A stretch of 64,000 nucleotides of DNA from Marsupella aquatica (GCA_973895155.1 OZ316898.1:17288752-17352751); one strand, 5' to 3'; shown: positions 51,712 to 64,000, counted from the first letter of the stretch. Made by a program: numbers and translations. Notes: generated from the letters alone by a model not told the origin.

Positions 51712-54283
51712 TCAACGAGTAGCAGTACCATATTGATTCGGGGGTACGTTATTGTGTTGCGTCTGCTGATTGGGCGGGTAGGCCTGCTGATTAGGAGGGT
51801 AAGCCTGCTGATTGGGAGGGTACGGTTGCTGGTTGGCCTGGTACGCTTGCTGGTTGGCTCCTCCTGCTAATTTTCGGGAGTCAAAACTGCCTGCAAGTTC
51901 TTGACACCCTTGTCGTAATTAACAAATCCCATATATCAAAACTCGAAATTGTCTTTCGTAACGACTTGGATGTATTTTTCTGCAGGCTTATTCTGAGTTG
52001 TCGATGCATTCACTGCTCCTACCTTGTCGACGGGTACGATCACCTGTTGACAAAAACCAGTACAGTGATGTCAGATTACGACTCTATCCTCCCAACGACC
52101 AAACCAACCAGGGATCAATGCACCCTTTTAAATGTGAGGGAAATCCTTCAACGAGAACAGAAAAAGGATCAGCCAGCTAAAATAACATTCTGGCAGGCCC
52201 AGCATTCTCCCATACAAAGCAGGCATACTGCGTTACACTAGGGCTGCGAGAGGGAAAGACTTCACCTTGCACGGTAGATAAAACTTGGGAAGAATGTCCA
52301 CCACACTCACATACAGGAGACATTCCAAAATTACTTTAGGAGTTAGTCAGAATTCTACAGCTGGAATTTACCTTATAATAGCTGTAAGCCTGCTGCCCTC
52401 CTTCTGAATTGTAGGACAATGGCCGGTCACTGCAGAACGCGATCTTTTTGTTCGAGATATAGAGAGTGCCTCCAACAGGTCCTGTGGAGGTCGAAAGGAA
52501 GCAAGCATATGTCTTCTTCAATTTCTCATCTGCATCTGCCGGAAACGTTGACTTGAAGACTCCCTCAAAACCTCCTTTCGTGAGGAGCTGCGTCCCTGCA
52601 GTCACCCGGCCCCAGGCATTGTCCTTCAACGAAGGTCCGGTCGATACTGCATTCACAGATTACCAAATTAGGAAACTGTCACTCACTCCATAAGCAAACG
52701 GCAGAAGTGTCGCCAAACACAACCAGCTAGACCTTAGAATTGTTGGTCTCCACACAATTCACTTTCGACAAGGCAAGGGCAATCTTCAGATTATACTTCA
52801 CCTACTCTCACATTGGTCGTTACCAATCTACACTACGCAACCCCAGCTTCAAAATGCCATTCAACAGCAGATTCACTGAACGCTAAAACAAGGAATGCAA
52901 TCAAAGTTTTGTTTTCAAAGGATACGTTTTGCGATTCCAGCTTTTCACACAGCCTAACCTCAATAATTGCACGCTAGAATGAGAGTTCTACAAAATTAAT
53001 TTGCCTACATAACTCATTATTCTCTCACTTCTTTAAAACATATCTGGAAACCTCTCATCCAGCACAAGGTTGCCAGGTAGCACGCTGAGTTAACGAAAAA
53101 TTGTAATTCAATAGCGTAGGAGTGTAAAAACTTGTGTCAATTCAGCGCAGGAATTGAGCTGAGGAGTGTTGAACTCACAATGTCCCCATACTCTGTTCAT
53201 CACTTGCTCAGCTTGCTTGGAATATTCTGCCACCTGAGTCCTAATTTTGTCCATTGATCCTCCTGCAGACGAAGAAAAACAGCCGAACATAAGAAGAGAA
53301 TTCCTGAAGAATACTGGGAGACAACATGCGAAGACTTGCAAAGCTAAGTCTAAGATGAATCTAAAATTGAAAGAACGTACAACTTCACAGAGAAATTTCC
53401 GTAGACACGAAAGCCAATTTACAATGGGTGAAAATTCCTACTCTAGATATCAATCCCCCGACAATAAGCTACGGAAACACATTATGACTGGCTCCCATAT
53501 ACAACCCCTAGTGAAACATTGAAAACTGGCAGTTCCTAACAACATTAAATAGATTAAGGAAACCGTTTAGGACGCATGGAGGAACCAAACATGTCTCTCC
53601 TTCACAACAAATGCAATTTTCCGGTCTGCTGAGGAGAGTATGTCGTACAGAAGGTGCTAAGTCACGCGTTTGGGTTTGGATTAAAGCTGATGAGTCGAAA
53701 TATCATGTCAAAAGTTGTAACGGCTTCTAACCCACAAAGCAGTGGAACCAATCTTGTCACAGTGACCAACGGAAAGACGGAGGCATAAGAAAGAAATCAA
53801 CGAATGAGAAGGAAATAAAAGCACAGAGAGAATTGGTTAAGAGAACACCGAAGGGGGGAAACGACCGAAAGGACGAGAGAGATAGAGTATCCTGCAACCT
53901 TTCCACAAATTGGGGTGGGCAGCAGAATAAGTACCTTTGGTACCACTGTTGACGTCAGACGACTGAACGTACGGATCTTGAGGAGCCGGGCCAGAAACAC
54001 TAGGCCCAGTCTGGCTCTGACTAGCTTGGACTTGCTCCGGGAACGGTCCACTCCCGTGCCTGCCAGATCCACCTATTCCCCCTGTGGCAGCTTGCTGATT
54101 GGCAGGGTGAGCACTAGGGTTGGCCGGTGCTCCCATCACTGGAGTCCCCCATCTCTGATCCACCTGCGACTGATCACGGTTCATCTGTGGGTATGGCGCA
54201 TACTCCCCGGAGTGCTTCCCCTGTGGAGGCTGCTGGTATGGGTACGGTGGTGGCTGCTGGTACTGATTGTTGGGATTTGCCAT
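51712..54283 (-). pseudogene. GEM: GEM-like GRAM-domain gene with a premature stop and a frameshift in the last exon
   Basis: Exons 54283-53935, 53262-53179, 52646-52372 and 52043-51712. Motifs: GPSLKDNAWGR, LKKTYACFLSTSTGPVGGTLYIS, FCSDRPL, EKYIQVV..FEF*YMGFVNY. TGA at 51938-51936 replaces a conserved Trp; 1-nt shift near 51882. Confidence 0.85.
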
Positions 54284-54597
54284 CGCTCTCCCTCAACGAA
54301 TTCTGCCATGCATTGCAGTTCTTCGGATGTAGAATACTTTTAAAAGTCCCTTGTCAAAGCGATGCTAGTCATTCTTGTAGTTCTCTAGATGTACATACAT
54401 GTTCCTCGGTATCAATTCCTATTGTGAGGCCTGACCCTCCAGATAATCTGCGCTCTCAGACTGAGATCCTCAGTATTTGCACCAGGATTACCTAATTCAC
54501 AGCCACATAACTCTTTTGACGCAACGACGCCAGCTACGGTTGAAATTCGCAGAAATTGTGGCCCCTTTTAACATAGCAGGCCTCAAAACTTGGGAAA

Positions 54598-57139
54598 TCA
54601 TGACAGGGTGTTGGAGACCAGGCTACTCTCCTCTGCCCGGTTCTCCGTAACTTCTTCTTTTGGAGATTTACCATCCTTGTTTCTCCACATTAAAATGTGC
54701 TCAAATTCAAAAGAGATTAACTCACAAGGGACAAGTTCCTGCAACCGAAGACGTGCAGAGATGTGTACAAGCGTCAGTACAAACACTTCCGCCTACGTGT
54801 TCAAAAACACCTGCAAACCTGCCCTTTCAGTAGCTTGACTATTATTGGGCAAGCGTTGGGCAAGAAGGAAATCCACAATAGAGGTCGCTACAAGTCCTAA
54901 TGTAGACAATCATCTCTACTCGATTGGTTGAGTTGCTTCCCTTGTCTGAATTCTATCCATGTACGTCAGCAGATTATACAGTTGGAATAATATGGCAACG
55001 CTAACGAAATAGAGTCATGGAGACATGTCGTATTATGGACCAGCAACCCCAAAGAACAAAAAGGTTTGCAAGTCAAATTCTAAATGCAACATCACAGAGC
55101 TTTGCGGAAAGTATGGGACTGAAACAACGGACGATTAGCTTAGAATGAATGACCAGAAAACCTATTGTCCCAAGAGAGAATTGAGGGAGAGAAAGAGACC
55201 TGCAGTTGCGAGCCGAGAAGTTTCAGATTCTTTGAGTGAAAACGTTGACAATTCACACGGACAAGATCCTGCGTCTCAAATGACTTTCTCACATCGTGCA
55301 AAAGCGTAAGATAAACTCCATGTTGACCTGCACACCAAACCAGTCATTTTGGCTGACAATCAAATCACTCAAGACTCATCCTTAACACTTGTTTGTCAAA
55401 GGCGCAAGTGCAGCTTTTTGGTATCCTCTCTTTCATTGTCAATTATTCGAGTCAAATCTGTTTTTCATTCCGCAGAAAAGCTAGATAGCCTAGAGCGCCT
55501 TACCTGGCTTACACAATGCAGGAAGGTCTCGTCCTCTGTCCCGAAGTGCTTTGATCTCCTCCTTTGTTAGATTGACGGGAACAGGAAGTCGCTTTGGGAA
55601 GCGTGTTATAACTCGGGGATGTCTGACCAATAGCCGGTGCGGATCCCTCCAGTAGTTGTAATTCCGTCCTCGAAAGATATACAGTGAGCCCCCAACTCGA
55701 TGAATGACCGTCCCGCCTGTTTCTGCCTGTCACATGAAATGACGAACTGTTAGTACACTGGTTTTCCACCACCAAAGACTCACCCACACATCGATAACCA
55801 CCCTTTGCTGTCTATCTTTCTTTGCAGGCACTGTAACTTCCAGAAGCCCAAATTTCCTCTCCGCCTACTCTTGTGAGTCAGATATAATCGATGTTTCCAA
55901 ATTGCTCGGTCTCTAGATTCCAGTGGCCAAAGGATGTGTAAGGAAACTCACATACATGACCAAGTGAGAATTCGTTATTACTCCAGACAAATAAATGAAT
56001 AAACATCGAAATGAGTCGAGAGCGAACAATAGAGGATCAGAAAAACAAACAACCATCACGACAACGAAAAAGAAAAAGAAAAGAGAGGAAACGGATCTTA
56101 CCTCAAGCAGTTTGCAAAAAGAATCCAAGTCCAAGGTGACAACGCCTTTGCACTTTATTTTGCAAACGCTCCATCTTTTCCAATACGTATGCACCAGAGC
56201 AACATAGTTTGGGTTCCATCCATCCCATCCTTCACGTCCAGGACAACACACTGTCTTTTAAATATGCACTCCTTCTCATACAATCAATCGAACAGGGAAA
56301 ACAGAGTCGAGTACTGCTGAGTCAGTATGACAATGTTAGAGATTTGGGCCAGAATTCTGTATTTTTCAATTAATAGGAACAGATTAAAGATTGCAAAATG
56401 AGCTTTGGGGCAACTTGCAACAGCGAATGGTGGGAAGATCGGTACCAACATTGATCTGACGTCTGGTACCATGACAGCTTAGAAGCATTGTATTCTTTTC
56501 TGCCTGGGTAAGGGGGGTGTTCTCGTCCACCTCCTGCAGAGCAACATCAGCAGCTCTGCGTCGTTTCCACCCGTTCTCTGCTTCTCGAAGGCCATCACCA
56601 CCGGCACCACCATTGCTACCTCCCCTTCGCTGACGTACCTTTGGTGTATCCAAATTCGATTCAGACTCGGCAGCCAGGACTGCTTCCCATAAGCCACTAT
56701 TACCATTGCCATTACCATTTGTTCCTCCTCTGTCTACACAATCTCGGCTCTCCCCATCTTCGAGCAGAGGGTTTTTAGCTATTCTCTTGGGAATGCCAGG
56801 AGGCAGGTCAGCATAGCTATACCAATACTGAAATGGCAAGTCTGTCGCTAAGTCCTTGGGTTTGTCAGGCAGAGCAGGAGGCGGCGGTTTGAAATCAGCC
56901 AAATCCGTGGACGGCTTCTGCGGGCGTTGAAGAGGCGGTGGTGTAGTTGCTGTTGCTGCATCTACTTCCTGCGGCGGGCTCGAAGCAGACGAAGGAGAAG
57001 AAGTAGTAGTAAAGCACCTGACAGGTCTGAGAGTGACGGAAGCTCTTCTCCTTTGCCAAGCCGTCACGTTTTCGTACTCTGTTATACGGAGAGACCGAAG
57101 CACTATCGGTGCAGAGGAAGATACAATTGACAAATTCAT
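54598..57139 (-). CDS. CAF-like (CRS2-associated factor/mCSF type) two-CRM-domain organellar splicing factor, 437 aa
   Basis: Exons 57139-56446, 56229-56102, 55726-55504, 55327-55200 and 54738-54598 join in frame (1314 nt). Motifs: LPFQYWYS, RQINVG.DG, WKRWSVCKIKCKGV, GGSLYIFRGRNYN, GVYLTL, LVPCELISFEFEHILMWR. N-terminus is transit-peptide-like. Confidence 0.88.
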
Positions 57140-57707
57140 TTCCTCCTCCTCCTGCTGCTCCTCCAGGAGCTACTGTACGTTTCCTGCTCCTGCTGCTCAC
57201 ACACAAAACCCTTGACGCTCAATTCTGCCAATTCTGCACAGATTATTCAGCCCGTTCCGATTCCATCCCACAATTGATTCAACTAATTCAATGTCTGACA
57301 TAGACTAGTCATGAACGTCCGTCATTTATAGTCCAATACTTCTAAATAATGGAGAGGGCCTCAAGTTTCGTAAATCTACATAGAAATCACCTAACGATTA
57401 GCATTACAATTCATGCTCAACTCACAGGTTTTCATTACAATACAACTGACAAGTTCCGTTTCCTCCCTTCGAGAACGTCGTCTCACCTATCGCAGCAATG
57501 TGCCGTTAGACATCCAATGTCCGCTCGGCAAAATCAACCCACAGGCTAGCAGCCCCCTTTTCATCATCTCCGGCCTTGTCCAGCATTTCCAATCCCACAG
57601 CGTGCATGCCCTCTGTCAACGAATCAACGACTCGACCTCCGCAATAGCAGCTGCAGCAACTCCCGACAGCTCGAACAATGTTGTGGATCACCTTAGCTGC
57701 GCAGCTT

Positions 57708-57973
57708 GCTCAGCTCCCGAGGATCACCATAGCCTGTTGCACTAGCTCGCAAAAGCTCGAACAACTCCTCCACACTTGCCCGAGGGTTGGGTGAGTAAAC
57801 AGCACAAAAATTTTGTTGAGAAGAGGAATTCCAGGCCCCATCGGAGCTCAGCTCCCGAGGATCACCATAGCCTGTTGCACTAGCTCGCAAAAGCTCGAAC
57901 AACTCCTCCACACTTGCCCGAGGGTTGGGTAAGTAAACAGCACAAAAATTTTGTTGAGAAGAGGAATTCCAGG
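57708..57973. repeat. Near-perfect tandem duplication, period 138 bp, upstream of the CAF-like gene
   Basis: GCTCAGCTCCCGAGGATCACC...GAGGAATTCCAGG at 57708 and 57846. Confidence 0.9.
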
Positions 57974-58847
57974 GAGAGATATGCTTAGTAGACCCTCCCG
58001 GAAAAAGTTTGTTTAATCAAACTCCTCCATATTTTTCCCCAATCTGGGCTGTTATGGAACTTTTGATCTCAGATGTGGACCGTTGATAGACCCCAGGGGG
58101 TGTATCAAATAACAAGTTTCATTTTGGGGGTCTATCAAGTAAATACCTACAATTCCAGGCCCCATAGGAAAACACTTGTGTCTCATCAAACAGGGCTTCA
58201 AGCTAAGTTTAGTTTTCGGAAAGGCTCTGAAAACTTGAGAATGGAATTGAGTGTGTGTGAGCCTTTGCAAGTTTACTTGTTGCCCTAAAATTATGAAACG
58301 CTGAATACACCTTTCAAATTATTTTTTCTCATTCACGTACATTTTGTGTAGAGTATTTTTATTTTAATGTGCCTTAACAAGGTGAATCAAGGTGAATCAT
58401 TTATATTAAATTTATTTTGAATTAATTTTTAGACCCTTTTGAAAGTTTAATGAACTTAGAGTATTTTTAATGTATTTGGCTCCTCTCATAAATGTTTAAT
58501 GTTTCATTATGAATCACTCCATCAGGCAAGTGTGGAGTTGTTGGAGCTTCTAGATAATGACACTCAACTCAATTAAAATCTAGTGCAAATCTAAGTTACC
58601 CTTGTGATTTACAAAATTTATGATTTTAGTTGAGTTGACTATCATTACCTAGAAGCAAGTGAAAATATTATATGTGCAAAACTCTTTAGTACTTTTGTAT
58701 TTTCTTGTTCATAATGTGATTTTTTTTGTATGTGGACTTATGGTTTTGTGTGTTATGTCCCTCACTCTTAATTAACAGATATTAATTTCTTGGTATATAT
58801 TTTACATGTACCCATTTCTTTTATCATAAAATTAATTAATTACATAT

Positions 58848-58891
58848 CACTACAAGACAAAAAAGAGGCATGTTCTAGGATGAACATGCTA
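58848..58891 (+). mobile_element. Possible CACTA transposon terminus
   Basis: CACTACAAGACAAAAAAG resembles the CACTACAAGAAAA TIR; no partner end was found in the window. Confidence 0.4.
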
Positions 58892-61800
58892 TATTGCCCG
58901 ACACTTACCCGTCACATTACGGTTCTAAAAGGGGCCAAATGGCATATAGTGTAAAATACCGTCGGCTCCGGACTAGACAGCAATGCGGAAAACATGAGAG
59001 AGATTCACTCAATCAAACGCTACACCGACAAAACACCCCAAGTGGAGAAACTCCTGAAGGCTCCATAGCAAATGAGAGTACATGTGAAGAATGAGGGAGA
59101 GAGTTCTCTCCCTCCAACCTATACCCCCAAGGGGGCCAAGATGAGTGGGCCTAAACTAAGCGGATCTTATCCTAATGTAATCCAGGGTAAACTAACCCTA
59201 GTAAGGCCAAGCTAACTAAGTCGGGAACTTGAGTCAATTCCTAACAATCTCCACCTTGACTCTAATTCACACAATGAGTCAGGTGATATACAATATTCAA
59301 CTAAGTAACATATCTACATAGTCTCCGGTTTGGCCCTAACATTAATAATATCCACACAATGACTAAAGCTACTGGTAGGTAAAACTTTGGTAAGCATGTC
59401 TGTCGCATTCTCCTCTGAAGCCACCTTCTCCATAAACATCTGCTTCATCTCAATCACCTCGCGGATGAAGTGATAACGAATATCAATGTGCTTTGTCCTG
59501 GCATGGAACACAAGGTTCTTAGCCAGATGCAAAGCACTTTGACTGTCACACAGCAGCACCGGTCTTTCAGGTGAAAGACCCAGATCACTCACCAATCTTC
59601 GTAGCCAGATCAGCTCCTTGGTTGCCTCACAAGCAGCCATGTACTCAGCCTCAGTAGTAGACAACGCAACACAAGATTGAGTTGTCGACGTAGACAACGC
59701 AACACAAGATTGAGTTGCCGACTTCCAGCTGATACAACCTCCACCCAGCATAAACACATAGCCTGTAGTAGACTTCCTGTTATCCAAGTTACCAGCATAA
59801 TCTGAATCATTCTACAAAACCTTCCAACTCTAATGTAGAGTCTGCTTTACCGTCAAATAAGATCCCACAATCTAAGGTACCTTTCAGATACCGCAAAACC
59901 CACTTCATTGCTTCCCAGTGAAGCTTACCAAGATTTGCCATAAATCTGCTCAAAATGCTAACAGCATGGGCAATGTTAGGTCTAGTGTATGTCATCGCAT
60001 ACATCAAACTACCCACAACACTATCATAGGGAACATGTCATCGCCAATCTATCACTCTCACTAGAAGGGCAATCATTCTTTGAGAGTTTAAAGTGGGAAA
60101 CAGTGGTGGACCTAGCCACCCAGTGCCCTCACCAATCCCAGCACTCACGCCTAAGTGCCCCTGGTGCCCGAACGCCTCCACGGAATACCTCGAGCAAGCA
60201 CCCTAGTGCCCCTTGCACCTCCAGCGGCCCCCCCATACGAAGCCGCACTTGCTCTCCTACACGACCGCTACTCAACGGTCCTCATTGTCTGCACAAGCCA
60301 CCACGTACCTCGGTAAGTAACCCATCAGGATCTAGAACTCGCCAAGTCTAGCATCCTAACTCAAGCTCAACAGACGTTGGTAAATAGGTCAGCGATAGGT
60401 CCTCCCGATGCCATAAGCCGGAACCAGAACCCACGCCCACTGTTCGTCCAGGACAGCTCCTTCCTTGGGCGCGGCCCAGGTTCCCTCTCGTACCTATCCA
60501 TCACCAACCGACCGCCCTGACCTCAGGACATGCTCATGGCCCAACTAGAGTAGCTTGTCCCAAGCTTATCTCAACACGTCGGGACCATAATGGCCCCGAC
60601 TCTAACACCGACTCCCGGTTCGGCCCACTGATGGTCCAGGGACCGAGCGCCCTGGGGACTCAGCCTCCATGCCTACTTCGCCTTGCCTCCCCAACGCAAG
60701 CTCCCTTGGGAGGCTGAATGCGGTTTGGCTACTGTTCGGCAGGAATTGGCAAACGGGCGAGCTAACACCCGCAAACCACGAGAACCCATGGCACCCCCAG
60801 ACCCATCTGAGCTCAGGAGGTCGTAACCCTCCTCAAGAGCTTTCCAACGAACCTAAGAAGTCCTCCAACGGACTTCCCGTTGGGAAGATATCGCCGTTTC
60901 CGTTTGGCGGTTTCCCTTAGTGTCGCGACCGCCGCGGCTCACGACTTCGGCTCGCCCTTAGCCCTCAGGGAGACACCACTCCCCTCATATATGCTTCTGG
61001 AGACCTGCCACCCCCGGACCAGCTTTGGTCCCTAAACATTTGGCCCCCAACCCGGATCCCATCGCGCATAATGGGCGCGCCACCAACTGGCAACGCCCAT
61101 AACTTACTTGATAGGCATCCGCAAGTGGAGTGCCTTAGCCCGTTGTGACCGGGCCGACCCAGTGCTCATGCCTAGGCCCTCAGGTCTGATCGCCGCTCTG
61201 GACCCCCGACCGGCCCAACCCAGCTCGGGCCACAACTCGCGCCCCAAGCGTCCGTTGCCAACTCGGGGGTCTCACTATATGGGGACCTCGCCATCGCCTG
61301 CGACGTTTTTAGGCCTCGGACCCCCTAAAATGTAAGAAAAAAAATTATTTTTTAACCCCTATAAAGTTGGAATATTCTTGGAATATTCTAAAAATTGGAT
61401 TAAAAATACCCTAATATTCTTATAAGTCTCAAAATTGAATTTAAAAGACCATATTGTTCTTCTACAAAAATTCTTAAGTCTTCCCTTAGAACCTATAAAA
61501 TGACCCTATCCTTCGTCGCACGTGATATGCCATTTTTGTGGAAGTGAAACCCCCGAGGTTGCCAATGGCGTCAACTCCATTGGCCTTGGGCCCAAGAGGA
61601 GCTCACTTCCAAGCCCTCAGAACTCAAAGCCCATCCGACGGTCCGGACGGCCATCCATGAGCCCGGCCCATTTCCCCTTGACCCGACCAGCCATAGGCTA
61701 GTCCAAGTCCTTAGTTTGTGTCCCCAGCTTGGCCCCTTGCCTCGCCAGTGCCACCTCTCATTGCCCACAAGTCTCCCCATGCTAAGTCCTCCCCGGATGG

Positions 61801-64000
61801 CCTATCCGGGCCTGGACCATAAGGGAGCTTGGCGTCGGAGTCAGCGACGCCGGAGCTAAGTGTTAAGGTAGTCGAGTTCCGCGACTGAAGCCAATGGAGT
61901 ACCAACTGGTTTTGCATTCTCCATTCCATACTTGGCAAGTACCTTCTCCAAATACTGCCTCTGAGACAACCATAATTGCCTTTGCTCCCTGTCACGATGA
62001 ATCTCCATCCCTAGTATCTTCTTGGCCTGACCCAAGTCCTTCATTGAAAACTCCTTACTCAGCATTGCTTTTAGATGGGCAACATTAGACTTATTCTCAG
62101 CCAGGATCAGCATGTCATCCACGTACAGTGCCAGCACAATGTAACCAAAGCATGAGTAATTCTCCACCTCCTTCATGTAGATACAACAATCATGCTCACT
62201 CCGTGTGAACCCCTGAGATAACATGAAGGAATCAAAACGCTTATTCCATTGTCTGGGACTCTGCTTCAATCTGTATAACGAGCGCAAGAGCTTACACACC
62301 AAGTGTCTGGTCTTCTCGTCAATAAAACCTGAAGGCTGAGTCATACAAATCTCCACATCAAGCAATCCATGCAGGAAAGCAATAATTACATCCATCTGAT
62401 CTAACTCAAGATCATAGAATGCCACAATCGCAAGTAAAACATGGATAGTAGCGAGTTTGACAATTGGTGAGAATATCTCCGTGTAGTCCAAGCCCTCCTT
62501 CTGGGTGTACCCTTTGGCCACAAGGCGTGCCTTGAAGTGCCATCCTGCTTCTTCTTGTACAACCATCTACATGGAACCAGTGTCTTCCCGCGAGGCATGT
62601 CAGTCAAGCGCCAAGTTGAATTCTTCTTCAAAGAATTAATCTCTTTCAACATCGCCTCCATCCACTTATCCTTCTTTGGAGAGGCCATAGCTTCTTCATA
62701 GCTAGAGGAATCTCCATCTTCAGTGAGCAAAATAACACCGGGATCATCGTCATGCTCAACAACGTGAACACGAGGATCTGCAAAACCAGATCTATCAGGG
62801 GGTTGGCCAAAATTGGCCCTGGTGGAGCACCTTGGTTGAGGAACTGCACCTCTACCAGAGGGACCAGCAGCTTCCTCATCACCACCAAGCTCCACCGTAG
62901 TGGGTTCCTCCACCTGTTCCTCCTGAATATCCTAGGGTCGTGACAACCATTCTTTGTCAAAAACAACATTTTTGCTCACAACTGCCTTGCAATCGATAGG
63001 ATCCCACAATTTATAGCCCTTCTGCCCCCAGGACTAAAGCCTAGAAAAATATATTTCTTAGACTTGGGATCCAACTTAGACCTGTGTGTCTGCTCAATGT
63101 GAACATAGGCAGCACAACCAAAAACTTGGAGTCTAGAGTAATCAGCAGGTCTCTTATACCACAACTCAAATGGAGTCTGCATCAACTTAAGTCTACTGTG
63201 CGGTGAAAGATTGTAGACGTATGCAGCTTGGTTGACAGCTTCAGCCCAAAAGTTGTTGGGCAACTTGGACTTACATAGCATGCTACGTGCTTTCTCCAGT
63301 AATGTCCGATTCAACCATTCTGCAACTTCATTCTATTGCGGGGTCTTAGGTACAGTGTAATGATGCTTGAGGCCAAGATCCCGACCAAATTGGTCAAACT
63401 CATTGGACTTATACTCACCACCATTGTCTGACCGAACACACTTTAACTCTTTCCCAGTTTGTAGCTCCACCATTGCTTTCCACTCCTTGAAGATCTCAAA
63501 TACTTGAGATTTCTCCTTCATGTAGTACAGCCAACACATTCGAGAGTAATCATCTACAAACGTCACAAAATATCTGGCTCCACCCAACGACGGTTCCGGC
63601 GCTGGACCCCAAACATCCGAATGTACATACTCAAGAATCTCATGAGAATGGTATGAACTAGAACTGAAACTTACTCTCCTGTGCTTGCCGAAGATGCAAT
63701 CTTCACAGAAAGAGAGTTTACCAGATTGAGCGCCTTGCAGCAAATCTTTGTTTGCCACGGCTGCCAATCCTTTACCACTCAAGTGCCCCAACCATGCATG
63801 CCACAAATCTATGGCTTGTGTGCGACCAGATGTTGAGGGTGCTTCAATTGAAGCAGTCATAGATGACTCTATGGCAGATGTTGCCGCTGCATCCGAATGT
63901 TCCACCACAAAATCCACATGCTCCACTCTAGGAGCAATGACATCTCCTTCCAAGATGTACAAATTATTCTGCCGTAGCGCCTTAATCAAAGATACATCAT
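58892..64000 (-). mobile_element. Ty1/copia LTR retrotransposon, degenerate, continuing beyond the window
   Basis: INT (VHSDVWGP, RSDNGGEY), RT (ARLVAKGYTQKEGLDY, YVDDML) and RNase H ([23 protein letters not shown]) in copia order. PPT complement ATCTCCACCTTG at 59247; 3' LTR ~58892-59246. Several stops and frameshifts. Confidence 0.93.
60101..61887. mobile_element. 1.79-kb non-coding insertion with imperfect TIRs inside the copia RT
   Basis: Interrupts TPLAS|HFKLSK. Left end is CAGTGGTGGACCTAGCCACC; right end (reverse complement) is CAGTCGCGGAACTCGACTACC. Confidence 0.8.

Noticed and set aside
51936-51938. TGA read as Trp by recoding or editing
   Set aside because: The neighbouring nuclear genes use TGA as stop and TGG for Trp, and a second lesion nearby favours pseudogenisation.
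53688-53702. CTGATGAGTCGAAA resembles a hammerhead ribozyme core
   Set aside because: No stem II between CUGAUGA and GAAA, and no flanking helices.

Overview
Eukaryotic land-plant nuclear DNA with GT-AG introns. An intact RAB21 suggests a non-seed plant, probably a bryophyte; this is inference. Three spliced genes reconstruct with intact frames: RAB21 (-, 6 exons, 206 aa), a PHT4;2/4;3-type SLC17 anion transporter (+, 8 exons, 614 aa) and a divergent CAF-like two-CRM-domain protein (-, 5 exons, 437 aa). A GEM-like GRAM-domain gene carries a nonsense codon plus a frameshift. There is also an intron-retaining CWF19L2 pseudogene fragment and two very decayed coding relics, possibly LRR-ROC/TORNADO1-like. 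The rest is a transposon and repeat mosaic: three solo LTRs of one family, a Ty1/copia element interrupted by a 1.8-kb TIR insertion, CACTA-like remnants and many tandem duplications. The most unusual object is a Ty3/gypsy element (14938-22627, TCTTA TSD). Its PPT, TG..CA termini and TSD define a ~4.3-kb 3' LTR that itself contains a sense 604-aa ORF with a long coiled coil, i.e. an LTR-encoded accessory protein. All alignments were done by eye; repeat boundaries are approximate.
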